Of a stretch of 64,000 bases of DNA, positions 48,508 through 58,221 are shown in pieces. The stretch covers positions 320,001 through 384,000 of the forward strand of contig OZ257156.1 in the NCBI GenBank assembly GCA_965279375.1, in the 5' to 3' direction. The translations under genes were made by a program, and so were the position numbers. The stretch is from Gemmatimonas sp. (GTDB taxonomy: Bacteria; Gemmatimonadota; Gemmatimonadetes; Gemmatimonadales; Gemmatimonadaceae). The notes under the pieces were generated by a model. That model had not been told where the DNA came from. It made no database searches and saw only the letters and a list, made by a program, of their open reading frames with translations. Each line of letters begins with the position of its first letter. Positions within the stretch are counted from its first letter, which is position 1.

Positions 48508-49623
48508 ATGCGTGGAGTCCGTGTACTGGTCGGTACGCGCAAGGGTGCGTTCATACTGACATCGGATGAAGGGCGGCAGAAGTGGCACGTCGATGGTCCC
48601 CACTTCCCCGGGTGGGAGATGTATCACATCAACGGCTCGCCCGTCGATCCCAATCGGCTCTACGCGTCACAGTCCAACGGGTGGTTCGGGCAGATCATTC
48701 AGCGCTCCGATGATGGCGGCAAGTCGTGGACGGCGATGGACAATGCTTTCACGTACGACGGCATCCCCGGCACGCACATGTGGTATGACGGAACCCCGCA
48801 CCCGTGGGAGTTCAAGCGCGTCTGGCATCTCGAGCCGTCGCCGATCGATCGCGATGTGGTGTACGCCGGCGTGGAAGATGCCGCGCTGTTCAAGTCCACC
48901 GACGGTGGCGCGAGCTGGCACGAGCTATCCGGACTTCGTCAGCACGGCACGGGTGCACAGTGGCAACCGGGCGCCGGTGGCATGTGCCTGCACACCATCG
49001 TGCTCGATCCCAGCAACGCGGATCGCATCGTGATCGCCATTTCCGCCGCGGGTGCCTTCCGCAGTGAAGACGGTGGCAAGACGTGGATGCCCATCAACAA
49101 GGGGCTGCGCTCCGGAGGCATCCCCGACGAAGACGCCGAAGTGGGACACTGCGTCCATCGCATCGCCATGCATCCATCCAATCCGCAGCGCCTCTTCATG
49201 CAGAAGCATTGGGATGTCATGCGCAGTGATGACGGCGGTGATCATTGGTACGAGATCAGTGGCAACCTCCCCACCGACTTCGGCTTCCCCATTCAGGTTC
49301 ACGCGCACGAGCCTGAGACCGTCTACGTCGTGCCAATCACGAGCGACCACCATCACTTCCCACCCGATGGCGCACTGCGGGTGTATCGCAGTCGTAGCGG
49401 CGGCAACGAATGGGAAGCGCTGGGCCCCGGACTGCCCACGCGCGACTGCTACGTGAACGTGTTGCGCGATGCGATGGCGGTGGACACACTCGATTCGTGC
49501 GGTGTGTACTTCGGCACCACCGGCGGCCAGGTCTACGTCTCCAGCGACTCCGGCGACAACTGGATGCCCATCGTGCACGATCTGCCGGCGGTAATGTCCG
49601 TCGAAGTGCAAACGCTGTCGTGA
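48508..49623 (+). CDS. Cytoplasmic Asp-box (BNR) beta-propeller protein
   Basis: Six SxDxGxxW-type boxes ([48 protein letters not shown]); no signal peptide. Confidence 0.9.
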   Translation: MRGVRVLVGTRKGAFILTSDEGRQKWHVDGPHFPGWEMYHINGSPVDPNRLYASQSNGWFGQIIQRSDDGGKSWTAMDNAFTYDGIPGTHMWYDGTPHPWEFKRVWHLEPSPIDRDVVYAGVEDAALFKSTDGGASWHELSGLRQHGTGAQWQPGAGGMCLHTIVLDPSNADRIVIAISAAGAFRSEDGGKTWMPINKGLRSGGIPDEDAEVGHCVHRIAMHPSNPQRLFMQKHWDVMRSDDGGDHWYEISGNLPTDFGFPIQVHAHEPETVYVVPITSDHHHFPPDGALRVYRSRSGGNEWEALGPGLPTRDCYVNVLRDAMAVDTLDSCGVYFGTTGGQVYVSSDSGDNWMPIVHDLPAVMSVEVQTLS

Positions 49624-49625
49624 GC

Positions 49626-49928
49626 ATGCGCACCGTTCGCGTTGTCCTGCCGGCGCCGCTGCGCGTGTTGTCGAGCGTCGGCAGCGAGATCGCGGTGGAC
49701 GTTGCGGGTGAGATCACGCAGCGCACGGTGGTCGATGCCATCGAGCAACGCTATCCGATGTTGCTCGGCACCATCCGCGATCGCAGCACGAAGCAGCGGC
49801 GCGCGTTCGTACGCTTCTTCGCCTGCGAACGCGACCTGTCGCTCGAGTCGCCCGATACGGCCCTTCCGTCGCGCGTCGCCGACGGCGAGGAGCCGCTGCT
49901 GATCGTGGGCGCAATGGCGGGCGGATAG
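49626..49928 (+). CDS. MoaD/ThiS family ubiquitin-fold protein
   Basis: LPAPLR, YPML.GTIRD, C-terminal AMAGG. Confidence 0.92.
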   Translation: MRTVRVVLPAPLRVLSSVGSEIAVDVAGEITQRTVVDAIEQRYPMLLGTIRDRSTKQRRAFVRFFACERDLSLESPDTALPSRVADGEEPLLIVGAMAGG

Positions 49929-49934
49929 CGCACT

Positions 49935-49980
49935 GCGTCTGCCGCATCGCGTCTGCCGCGTCGCGTCTGCCGCATCGCGT
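49935..49980. repeat. 14-bp tandem repeat x3 (GCGTCTGCCGCRTC) flanked by the inverted pair AGCGCAC/GTGCGCT
   Basis: Read directly after the MoaD-like stop codon. Confidence 0.85.
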
Positions 49981-50129
49981 GCGCTGAGTGGCGCGAACCG
50001 AGCCGAGGAACGACGTGCGCTGACGGCGATTCGGGTGCACTTTGGGTGAGTGCGGCGGTCCTGCCGTCGCTGCGCTCGCTTCGTTCCCATCGTTTGCACT
50101 CAGCCCGTCGGCCCATGCCCCCTCGGCTC

Positions 50130-51614
50130 ATGCCTCGTCATCCGTTCGCTCCCCGCGTCCCGCGTGTAGTCACGCTCACGATTGGCGGCGCCTTCGTCAG
50201 CGGGATGCTCGCCTGCACCGCAGCAGCACCGGGCGTTTCGCCGACCGCGCAGAGCGCCGGCACTGCCCCACGCGTTGGTCCGGCCAAGGGGTCGGTCATG
50301 GTGGTCGGCGGTGGTGCGCAGGGTCCCGAGGTATACGCCAAGTTCATCGAGCTGGCGGGCGGACCTGATGCGCTCATCATCGACGTGCCAACAGCCGGCG
50401 GCGACTCGATCGACGTCACCACTGCCGGTCGCGCCTGGAAGAATGCCGGTGCGCGCAACGTGGTCGTGCTGCACACCACCGATCGCACCGTCGCCAACTC
50501 GGATGCCTTCTCCGCCAAACTCGCCACAGCTGGCGGCGTCTGGTTCGATGGCGGTCGGCACTACCGCCTCGTGAACAGCTACCTCGGCACCAAGACCCAG
50601 CGCGCCTTCGAGCAGGTGCTCGAGCGCGGAGGCGTGGTCGGTGGTTCGTCGGCGGGCGCGTCCATCCTCGGCGACTACCTCGTGCGCGGTGCCCCCTCCA
50701 ACGACAACCGCCTCTTCAACCACCCCGACTACCTCAAGGGCTTCGCGTATCTGCGCGGCGTCGCGATCGATCAGCACGTGGTCGCGCGCGAGCGGCTGCC
50801 GGACATGCACGACTCGCTCACGTCGCGTCGCTCTGACCTGCTCGGCATCTCGGAAGACGAAGGGACCGTGTGGCTTGTGCAGGGCGACATGGCCACGATC
50901 ATCGGGCGCAACAAGGCGTTCGTGTACAATGGCAAGGACGCCAACGACGCCGGCAAGCCGTTCCTCACACTGCACCCGGGCGATCGCTACAACCTCGCCG
51001 CACGCCGCGTGGTATCGCGCGCCAGTACAGGAACCGCTTTAACCACGAAATTCATCGATGGTCTCTTCGCGCCGTATCGTGACAGCGCCAAGGGTGGTGC
51101 GACCGTCGTGGTGGCGCAGGACGGGAAGGTGCTGGCCAACGCCGCGTACGGCATCGGCGTTCAAAAGCGCCTGCAGCCGGAGACCGGCGTACCCAACTTC
51201 GCACTCGGCGCACTTTCCGACGTGATCAACGCCGCCGTGCCCGCAGGGAACGCCGCGACGCGCTTCAATCAGGCTGCCGCGCGACGTGTCCTTGGCATCG
51301 GCGGCATGCAGCGCTCCGCCGTGGACTCGGCGACCGGCGCATGGCAGGGCAGCGTGGACGATCTGTATCGCTTCGAGCAGGGACGCTGGCCGTGGCGCGG
51401 TGGCGTGGCAGACACCGTCTCACGCGGCTTCGTGGTCGATCAGGATCATGGCACGGCGCGCTGGAGCGCGTTCGCCAAGGCGGACGGCAAGCGCGGCGCG
51501 TGGGTGCGCTATCCCACTTCGCGTACGGCCATTCTGATTCTCACCAACGACGACAACGCCGACGTGCGCGGCATGGCGCAGCGCATCGCGGACAAGCTGT
51601 TCGCGGGGAAGTAG
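50130..51614 (+). CDS. Cyanophycinase (peptidase S51) lipoprotein fused to a degenerate beta-lactamase-like domain
   Basis: MLAC lipobox; VGGG, VPTA, WFDGG, GGSSAGA, IDQH, ISEDE; start uncertain (50115 or 50130). Confidence 0.85.
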   Translation: MPRHPFAPRVPRVVTLTIGGAFVSGMLACTAAAPGVSPTAQSAGTAPRVGPAKGSVMVVGGGAQGPEVYAKFIELAGGPDALIIDVPTAGGDSIDVTTAGRAWKNAGARNVVVLHTTDRTVANSDAFSAKLATAGGVWFDGGRHYRLVNSYLGTKTQRAFEQVLERGGVVGGSSAGASILGDYLVRGAPSNDNRLFNHPDYLKGFAYLRGVAIDQHVVARERLPDMHDSLTSRRSDLLGISEDEGTVWLVQGDMATIIGRNKAFVYNGKDANDAGKPFLTLHPGDRYNLAARRVVSRASTGTALTTKFIDGLFAPYRDSAKGGATVVVAQDGKVLANAAYGIGVQKRLQPETGVPNFALGALSDVINAAVPAGNAATRFNQAAARRVLGIGGMQRSAVDSATGAWQGSVDDLYRFEQGRWPWRGGVADTVSRGFVVDQDHGTARWSAFAKADGKRGAWVRYPTSRTAILILTNDDNADVRGMAQRIADKLFAGK

Positions 51615-51619
51615 CTCTC

Positions 51620-52927
51620 ATGTCTTTTTCGCGACCGTTCCGCATCGCCGTTGCCACCTCTGCGGTCGGTCTTGCACTGTTGCCCGCAGCAATCACCGCA
51701 CGATCCGCATCGTCCACGCAGTCTGTCGCCACCGCCTATCGCTTTCGATCCCTCGTGGACGGCAACGGCAAGCGAACGGAAGACGCGGTCGTCGTTGTGC
51801 GGGGCGATACGATCGTGCGCGTTGGTCGCGGAGCGGCTGCGGTGCCCAAGGGCGCCACGGTGGTGGACCTGCGCCGCTACACGGTCATTCCGGGATTGAT
51901 CGACGTCCACACGCACCTGACGTACTACAAGGACAAGGCGAATTCTTCGGCGCCGGCGCCACGCGCCGTCGATTCCGTGGTGGCTGCGGCGGCGTGGAAC
52001 GCCAAGCGCACGCTCGAGACCGGGGTCACGACGGTGCGCGACCTCGGCGCGTCCAACTACACCGACATCGCGCTGCGCGACGCCATCGCGAAGGGCTCGA
52101 TTGTGGGGCCGCGGATGTTCGTCGCGGGGTTCGGGCTGTCGAAGGCCACGGCGCCCGGTCGGGCCGGCGCGCCACCACAGGCGCCGCGTGGTCGCGTGAT
52201 GGACACGAGCGAGATCCGCATCGCCGTGAAAGCGCAGGTCGACGCGGGCGCCGACTGGATCAAGATGTACGGCTCCACCGGCACCTACGCGAACGTCACC
52301 GGCGTGCAGACCTTCACCGACGAAGAGATGCGCGTCGCGGTGCAGGCGGCGCACCAGTACAACAAGCCGATCGCGATTCATTCGTATGGCGATTCGGGCG
52401 GACGCGCGGCTATGCGCGCGGGCGCTGAATCGGTTGAACATCCCGGTATGCTCGACGACGCGACGCTCGCCGAGTTCGCGAAGCGTGGCACGGTGTACGT
52501 GCCCACCGTGGACCACAATCGCTTTTACGCCGAGAATGCGGCGCTGCTTGGCTATACGCCCAAGCAGGTCGCGGAGCTCGACTCGTTTCGACTGCTCAAC
52601 CTCTCGACCGTGCGGCGCGCGCACAAAGCGAAGGTGCCGTTGGCGATGGGAAGCGATGCGGTCTACTGGATGTTCGGCGAGAACACACACGAGCTCTCGT
52701 TCATGGTGCAGGCAGGACTCACACCGGCAGAAGCCCTCGCGACGGCAACGGTGATTCCAGCGAAGATGCTGCGCATGCCGACCAAGTTGGGTCGCGTCGC
52801 CCCCGGGTTCTTTGCAGACCTCGTCGCGGTCGATGGCGATCCGCTGCGCGACATCGATGTCGTCATCAACCACGTGGTGTGGGTGATGAAGGGCGGCACG
52901 GTCGTCGTGGACAAGCGGTCTCCGTGA
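51620..52927 (+). CDS. Secreted amidohydrolase family protein (Xaa-Pro dipeptidase-like subgroup)
   Basis: PGLIDVHTH, GVTTVRDLG, DWIK, AIHSYG, VEH, GSDA, ADLVAVDGDPL. Confidence 0.92.
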   Translation: MSFSRPFRIAVATSAVGLALLPAAITARSASSTQSVATAYRFRSLVDGNGKRTEDAVVVVRGDTIVRVGRGAAAVPKGATVVDLRRYTVIPGLIDVHTHLTYYKDKANSSAPAPRAVDSVVAAAAWNAKRTLETGVTTVRDLGASNYTDIALRDAIAKGSIVGPRMFVAGFGLSKATAPGRAGAPPQAPRGRVMDTSEIRIAVKAQVDAGADWIKMYGSTGTYANVTGVQTFTDEEMRVAVQAAHQYNKPIAIHSYGDSGGRAAMRAGAESVEHPGMLDDATLAEFAKRGTVYVPTVDHNRFYAENAALLGYTPKQVAELDSFRLLNLSTVRRAHKAKVPLAMGSDAVYWMFGENTHELSFMVQAGLTPAEALATATVIPAKMLRMPTKLGRVAPGFFADLVAVDGDPLRDIDVVINHVVWVMKGGTVVVDKRSP

Positions 52928-53520
52928 GCGTCGAACACGATCTTCCCTCGAATATGACAAGCGCCAGAACGCGCCCCACACCCGACAGCTACTTCATGGG
53001 CATTGCACTGGCAGTTCGCGCCCGTGCCGATTGCTCCGGGAATCGCGTTGGGGCAATCATCGTGCGCGACCGACGCATCGTTTCGACCGGCTACAATGGA
53101 ACGCCGGAGAACATGGTCAATTGCACCGACGGTGGCTGTGATCGATGCGCGAACCGCGACGACTATCCGTCTGGGTCAGGCTACGACCTGTGCATTTGCG
53201 TGCACGCCGAGCAGAACGCGTTGCTCTCAGCGGCGAGGTTCGGGATCGCGGTTGAAGGCGGGACGATGTACACCACCATGCGTCCGTGCTTCGGCTGCAC
53301 CAAGGAGCTGCTGCAAGCGAAGATCCAGTCCGTGTTCTTCATCCACGACTGGTCGCATCCCGACAAGGCCAAGCAATCGCACTACAGCTTGTTGCAGTCG
53401 CGTTTTCCGGGTGGCATTCGTCAACTCGCCATCAACGACCCGGACGCCGATTGGGCCGTGACCACGCGGCGGCTCGCCTCGCGATTGCGCCCTGATGAAC
53501 TCGGGCACGACGACAGCTGA
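52924..53520 (+). CDS. dCMP deaminase / ComEB family
   Basis: YFM.IA, STGYNG, VHAEQNA, PCFGC; GTGA overlap (alternative ATG 52954). Confidence 0.93.
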   Translation: MSVEHDLPSNMTSARTRPTPDSYFMGIALAVRARADCSGNRVGAIIVRDRRIVSTGYNGTPENMVNCTDGGCDRCANRDDYPSGSGYDLCICVHAEQNALLSAARFGIAVEGGTMYTTMRPCFGCTKELLQAKIQSVFFIHDWSHPDKAKQSHYSLLQSRFPGGIRQLAINDPDADWAVTTRRLASRLRPDELGHDDS

Positions 53521-53705
53521 GCAACGCTCGCAAGACACGCACGCTCGCACTTGGGACACGCAGCACCGCCGTACGTCTCGCGCTGGTCACGAGATGTTTC
53601 TGCCCTTTACGCACTATCGTGCGAAGGCGAACGTTCCAGCGATCGCGATGTCACGCCGAATCTGTGATTGACGGTTCAGCGAAACTGCCTTCGACACCGA
53701 CCCCG

Positions 53706-55931
53706 ATGCTGTCTACGATTCTGCGCCGTGCCGTGTGCTGTGCCCTGTGGGTGCTGTTGTTTCCTGTCGGCATGCATGCGCAGGCGTCCGGCGCAGCAGC
53801 ATCACGTGACCGACGTGCCGCGATCGACTCGATGAAGCGCGCTCCCACCGCGCTCCCCGCCGTGCTGGTAGTGGGTACGGAACAGCGCGCGATCTCCCGC
53901 ATCCCGGGTGCGGTGGCCGTGGTGGATTCCTCTCGCCTGCGCAACGCGAGCCCTCTATCCATCAAGGACGCTGTGCGTAGCGTGCCGGGCATGCACGTGA
54001 TGGATGAAGACGCATTCGGCCTGAATCTCAACATCGGCATGCGCGGTCTCGCCGCACGACGCTCGCAACGCGTGCTGCTGCTGGAAGACGGTATGCCGAT
54101 CCATCTGGGTCCCTACAGCGATCCATCGGCGCACTACCATCCGCCTGTCGATGGTCTCGCGCGCGTGGAAGTCGTGAAGGGATCGGCCCAGATCGCTTTT
54201 GGCCCACAGACGGTGGGTGGGGTCGTGAACTTCGTGCGACGTCCGCCGCCGGATCGCCCGATGGCACGCCTGTCGCTTGCGGGGGGCGATCGCGGCTTTC
54301 GATCGGCACGCCTGTCCACGGGCGGTACATGGAACGGTCGCGGCATTGTACTGGATGCGGCACGACGCGAGGGTGACGGCACGCGACGTGGGCACGAGCA
54401 CCGCGTGGACGACATATCGCTGCGTGGTGTGCTGCCGTTGAGTCCTACGCAACGGCTGGCGCTATCGGCGGGGCTGTACACCGAAGCCTCGCGCTACGGC
54501 GAAGCCGGGTTGTCGCAGACCGAGTTCGATGCCGACCCGTATCAGAACCCGCTCCCCAACGACGTTTTTGATCTCTCACGCCGCGGTGCGCAGGCGGTGC
54601 ATGAGGTCGCATTCGGCCGCGGCATCACGTTGCGTACGCAGGCATACACGCAACGCATCGAACGCACGGCGTGGCGTCAGGCCAGCACGTCGGCCGATCG
54701 ACTTGGAAATGCCTCGTACGAGCGGGCGTTTGGATGTGCGCCCGGCGCCACCTCCGTGGACCAGTGCAAGAACACCGGGCGACCACGTCGTTACCTGTTC
54801 AGTGGATTGGAGCCGCGTCTGCACGTACCACACACAGTGCTCGGCGCAGACGCGGAGCTCGAGACGGGCGTTCGCGCGCACGCCGAATCGATGCGCCGTC
54901 AGGAGCGCGCGGGTACGAGCGCAACCGCACGCACTGGCCCGCTGACACGCGACAACGCCATCGATACGCGCGCGGGAGCGTTCTTCGTTCGCGAGCAGCT
55001 GCGCACAGGCGCTTGGACACTCACCCCCGGCGTTCGCGTGGAGCACGTCCGCTCCGTCAACGAGAACCGGCTGGCCGGCACGCGCAACCATGACGCCTAC
55101 ACGGAGGTCCTTCCCGGCCTTGGCGTGTCATGGGAACAGCGCAACAGCAACGGCCGATCGTTCACGCTGTTGGGTGGCGTTCATCGCGGCTTCGCTCCAC
55201 CTCGCCCCGCCGACATTCTCAATCCGGTCGCTGGCGAGGGACTCGTGCAGGTCGACGCCGAAGTGAGTTGGACTTCGGAAATTGGTGCGCGGCTGCAGCT
55301 GAGCGACGCCGCGCAAATCGATGTCACGGCCTTCCGCATCGACTTCGACAATCAGGTCGTCAGCGGCAGTCTGGTAGGGTCAGGCCAGCGGTTCGTGAAC
55401 GCGGGACGCACGCTGCATCAGGGCGTGGAGGTTGGCGCGCACATCGCCATCGACCAACTGCTGGGCGACGTGTGGCGATCGACCTCCAGCACGCTCGCTG
55501 CCGACGTTGCGTTGACGTACCTCCCCACGGCGCGCTTCGCCAGCACGCGCGCGAGCACCGTGGATAGCAAACAGTCGGTGCTGGGCAAGCGTGTGCCCTT
55601 CTCGCCGCGCTCTACGCTCAATGTCGGGCTGGGGTGGCAGCATCGACGCGGGGCAAGCGTGCGCGTCGACGGCGATGTCATCGCCTCGCAGTACGCGGAC
55701 GATCTCAACAGCATCGCGTCGGCCGCACAGGGGCGTCGTGGATTGCTGCCGAGCTATTCGGTGTTCAACGTGGCGCTACGGGCACCCGTGCGGCGCGGCA
55801 CCACGTCGCCCTTTGCCCTGACGGCGGCAGTCAAGAACGTCGCCAACCGAGTCTACATCACCGATCGGTCGGAAGGGATCATGACCGGCATGCCGCGGTT
55901 GTTCGTGATGGGCGTGGAACTGCAGCGGTGA
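53706..55931 (+). CDS. TonB-dependent receptor (FecA-like)
   Basis: Plug motifs VPG, NIGMRG, LLLEDGMP, RVEVVKG...GGVVNF; barrel ending KNVANRVY...PR. Confidence 0.92.
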   Translation: MLSTILRRAVCCALWVLLFPVGMHAQASGAAASRDRRAAIDSMKRAPTALPAVLVVGTEQRAISRIPGAVAVVDSSRLRNASPLSIKDAVRSVPGMHVMDEDAFGLNLNIGMRGLAARRSQRVLLLEDGMPIHLGPYSDPSAHYHPPVDGLARVEVVKGSAQIAFGPQTVGGVVNFVRRPPPDRPMARLSLAGGDRGFRSARLSTGGTWNGRGIVLDAARREGDGTRRGHEHRVDDISLRGVLPLSPTQRLALSAGLYTEASRYGEAGLSQTEFDADPYQNPLPNDVFDLSRRGAQAVHEVAFGRGITLRTQAYTQRIERTAWRQASTSADRLGNASYERAFGCAPGATSVDQCKNTGRPRRYLFSGLEPRLHVPHTVLGADAELETGVRAHAESMRRQERAGTSATARTGPLTRDNAIDTRAGAFFVREQLRTGAWTLTPGVRVEHVRSVNENRLAGTRNHDAYTEVLPGLGVSWEQRNSNGRSFTLLGGVHRGFAPPRPADILNPVAGEGLVQVDAEVSWTSEIGARLQLSDAAQIDVTAFRIDFDNQVVSGSLVGSGQRFVNAGRTLHQGVEVGAHIAIDQLLGDVWRSTSSTLAADVALTYLPTARFASTRASTVDSKQSVLGKRVPFSPRSTLNVGLGWQHRRGASVRVDGDVIASQYADDLNSIASAAQGRRGLLPSYSVFNVALRAPVRRGTTSPFALTAAVKNVANRVYITDRSEGIMTGMPRLFVMGVELQR

Positions 55932-55977
55932 CGGCCAATCGCTGAACGCTGAGTGGTGAGCATCCACCGCAGGCGTC

Positions 55978-58221
55978 TCAGTGCGGGCCGTCCGATCCCA
56001 TCGAGCGTGACTGTACACCGCGCAGCACGTCGAGTCGAAGCTCGCTCCAGCCGTCCACCTGAACGTACTGCACGCGCACGCGGTGCGTTCCTCCTGCGAT
56101 CGCGGCGTACGCGGGCCGCGTGACATGCGGCAGCCAATCGTCGATCACCAGCACGTCGTCTATCCACACCCGCACTGCATCATCGCTCAACGTGCGCAGC
56201 GTATGCGTGCCAGCGGGCAGCGTGAGCGACGACGTCGCCTCGAGCGCCAGCTTGTTGCGCGGCAGCGAAGGGAACAGTGCACGCGACGTGAAGTAGTCGA
56301 GACGCAGTTCGTCGCGCGTGAGCAGCGGCGGCGAACGCAGCAGCGCATCGAACGCATCGGGGCGTGCACGCGGATCGGTGCTGTCGGCCCACGCGTAGAA
56401 TCTGACATTCCAGCGGGCAGCAGGCTCGAAGCGCTCGTAAGAAAAGCGCACCGGCGTTCCGGCCCGATGCTCCACGCCGTCGCGTGACCGCGTGGCAGTG
56501 CCGACGTATTCGAGCGTGAGCGACCAGTCACCGATTGCAACGGACGCAGGTGTGACGACAATCGTGTCGCCGACACGTCCGCTCCGGCTGGACACGCTGG
56601 TGAGTCCGCGCTGCCCGACCACGCGCCATCGACCCGCGGGCCCCAGCACCGCCAGTCGCAGCGGCATTGCGCGCGTGCTGTCGACAGGCCAGAGCTTTGG
56701 TGAACGCCAGTCGTACGGGCCCCATTCGTCCACCACGATCGCCGAGCGATCACGATCGGCCACCGCCGTGCGCGGCCAGGTGAGTGGTTCGTCGTCAATC
56801 TTTGGCAGCCGCCAGTACGTCGTCGTGGGCGCGAGACGACGCGGATCGCAGTCGCTCGCGATGGAGTCCGCGCGGATGTTGGCGATCGTATCGAGTGGCG
56901 CCGTGTTGGTAATGGCGAACGGCGTCTTCACGCCATTCATTCGATTCTCGCGAATGAGATTGTCGCGGCTGCGCGTATCGCGAAACTTGGGATAGCCCCA
57001 GTCGGACGGCTCGATGGGGTCGGCCCACAATCGAATGCCGGTCCCGTCACCATCAAAGCGATTGGCGGCGATGGTGTTCTGCTGACCATGCTCGATGGCA
57101 ATGCCGATGCGATTGGCGCCAAAGCAGTTGCCGATCACGCGCGACTCGTAGCTGTAGCCACCCCAGAGTCCATGATCGTTGCCTACTACACGATTGGCGA
57201 TGAAGCTGTTGCGACTGAACGTCGCTTCCATGCCATTGGTGGGTGCATACGAAAAATCGTTGCTCAGAAAGACGTTGTCGTTCGCACCGCCTTTGCCGTT
57301 GTCCATCGTCTGCTGGCCAGCCCAGAGAAACAGCCCGTCGCCACCATGCGTGACCGAGTTGTACGCCACCATGTTGCCGGTGCACTGCTCGAACATCAGG
57401 ATGCCCGCCGAATCCTGCCCTCGACGATACACGCCATGACTGTAACCGCGCACGTCGTAGTCGATGCGATTGGCGACGATCGTGTTGTGGCTGGAGCGAT
57501 ACATGCCGATCCCCAACCCCGAGTTGAACGAGAAGTCGTTGGCGCGTATCTGCAGCGAGTCTGTGCGCACGAGCATCAGGCCGTTCATCCCCTGCTCCAC
57601 GCGATTACCACGCAGCGCGCCCCCAATCACTCCCTCGAGATAGATCCCCGCGCCAAAGCGCAGCCACTCGCGTTGCTCGTTCTGATGGTACGACAGCCAG
57701 TCGTTGAGACTTTCGTGCTCCACGAGACTGAACAGCCTCGGCTTCCAGTTGTGACTCAGGTCGTTGTCCAGCAGCTCGAGCGAGCGCGTACCCCGCGCGA
57801 GGATTCCCACGTGATAGCCGCGCGCGCGCAGTCCCTGCACGCGCACGCCGCTCCCGCCGTCTATGCGTACGGCCACACCGCGCGCCGCATCAGGCTCCGC
57901 ATTGTCGGGCGTGCCCACCAGCACCACACCGCGCATGTCCACCGTGATGCCGCTGCCGCGAATGACGAGCAGCGCGGAATCGAGCGAGGCACTGCCGGCC
58001 CAGCGATACACCCCCGGCTTCACTCGCACCGAATGCGTGATCACCATCCCGGGGCGAGGAACGACCGTGGGTAGGCTCGTGGGGATTGCCGCGCGTGCGC
58101 GTACTGGCGGGCCGCCCTGCGCCACCAGCGCCGTCATCGGCAGCACGGCTGCCATCATCGCCACGACCCGAACGCTGACGGCGATCCATCCAGCGCGCAG
58201 CAACGCACCACTCCGGCGCAT
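55978..58221 (-). CDS. Secreted right-handed parallel beta-helix (NosD-like) protein with a C-terminal PA14 domain
   Basis: Repeated N-x-x-x-x-N/GI beta-helix turns; SDDAVRVWIDD PA14 motif. Confidence 0.8.
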   Translation of the reverse strand: MRRSGALLRAGWIAVSVRVVAMMAAVLPMTALVAQGGPPVRARAAIPTSLPTVVPRPGMVITHSVRVKPGVYRWAGSASLDSALLVIRGSGITVDMRGVVLVGTPDNAEPDAARGVAVRIDGGSGVRVQGLRARGYHVGILARGTRSLELLDNDLSHNWKPRLFSLVEHESLNDWLSYHQNEQREWLRFGAGIYLEGVIGGALRGNRVEQGMNGLMLVRTDSLQIRANDFSFNSGLGIGMYRSSHNTIVANRIDYDVRGYSHGVYRRGQDSAGILMFEQCTGNMVAYNSVTHGGDGLFLWAGQQTMDNGKGGANDNVFLSNDFSYAPTNGMEATFSRNSFIANRVVGNDHGLWGGYSYESRVIGNCFGANRIGIAIEHGQQNTIAANRFDGDGTGIRLWADPIEPSDWGYPKFRDTRSRDNLIRENRMNGVKTPFAITNTAPLDTIANIRADSIASDCDPRRLAPTTTYWRLPKIDDEPLTWPRTAVADRDRSAIVVDEWGPYDWRSPKLWPVDSTRAMPLRLAVLGPAGRWRVVGQRGLTSVSSRSGRVGDTIVVTPASVAIGDWSLTLEYVGTATRSRDGVEHRAGTPVRFSYERFEPAARWNVRFYAWADSTDPRARPDAFDALLRSPPLLTRDELRLDYFTSRALFPSLPRNKLALEATSSLTLPAGTHTLRTLSDDAVRVWIDDVLVIDDWLPHVTRPAYAAIAGGTHRVRVQYVQVDGWSELRLDVLRGVQSRSMGSDGPH

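Noticed and set aside
48508..49623. Calling the propeller a sialidase
   Set aside because: Asp-boxes are only structural; no RIP/FRIP motif or signal peptide is seen, and the context is a sulfur-carrier gene
47223..49928. Bil/CBASS-type ubiquitin-like antiviral system
   Set aside because: No E2, JAB peptidase or cyclase nearby, and the E1 is the ordinary MoeB-rhodanese type
52924..53520. dCMP deaminase as an anti-phage nucleotide-depletion system
   Set aside because: Short single-domain ComEB-type protein with no kinase-like domain and no defence-island context; a housekeeping role is more likely
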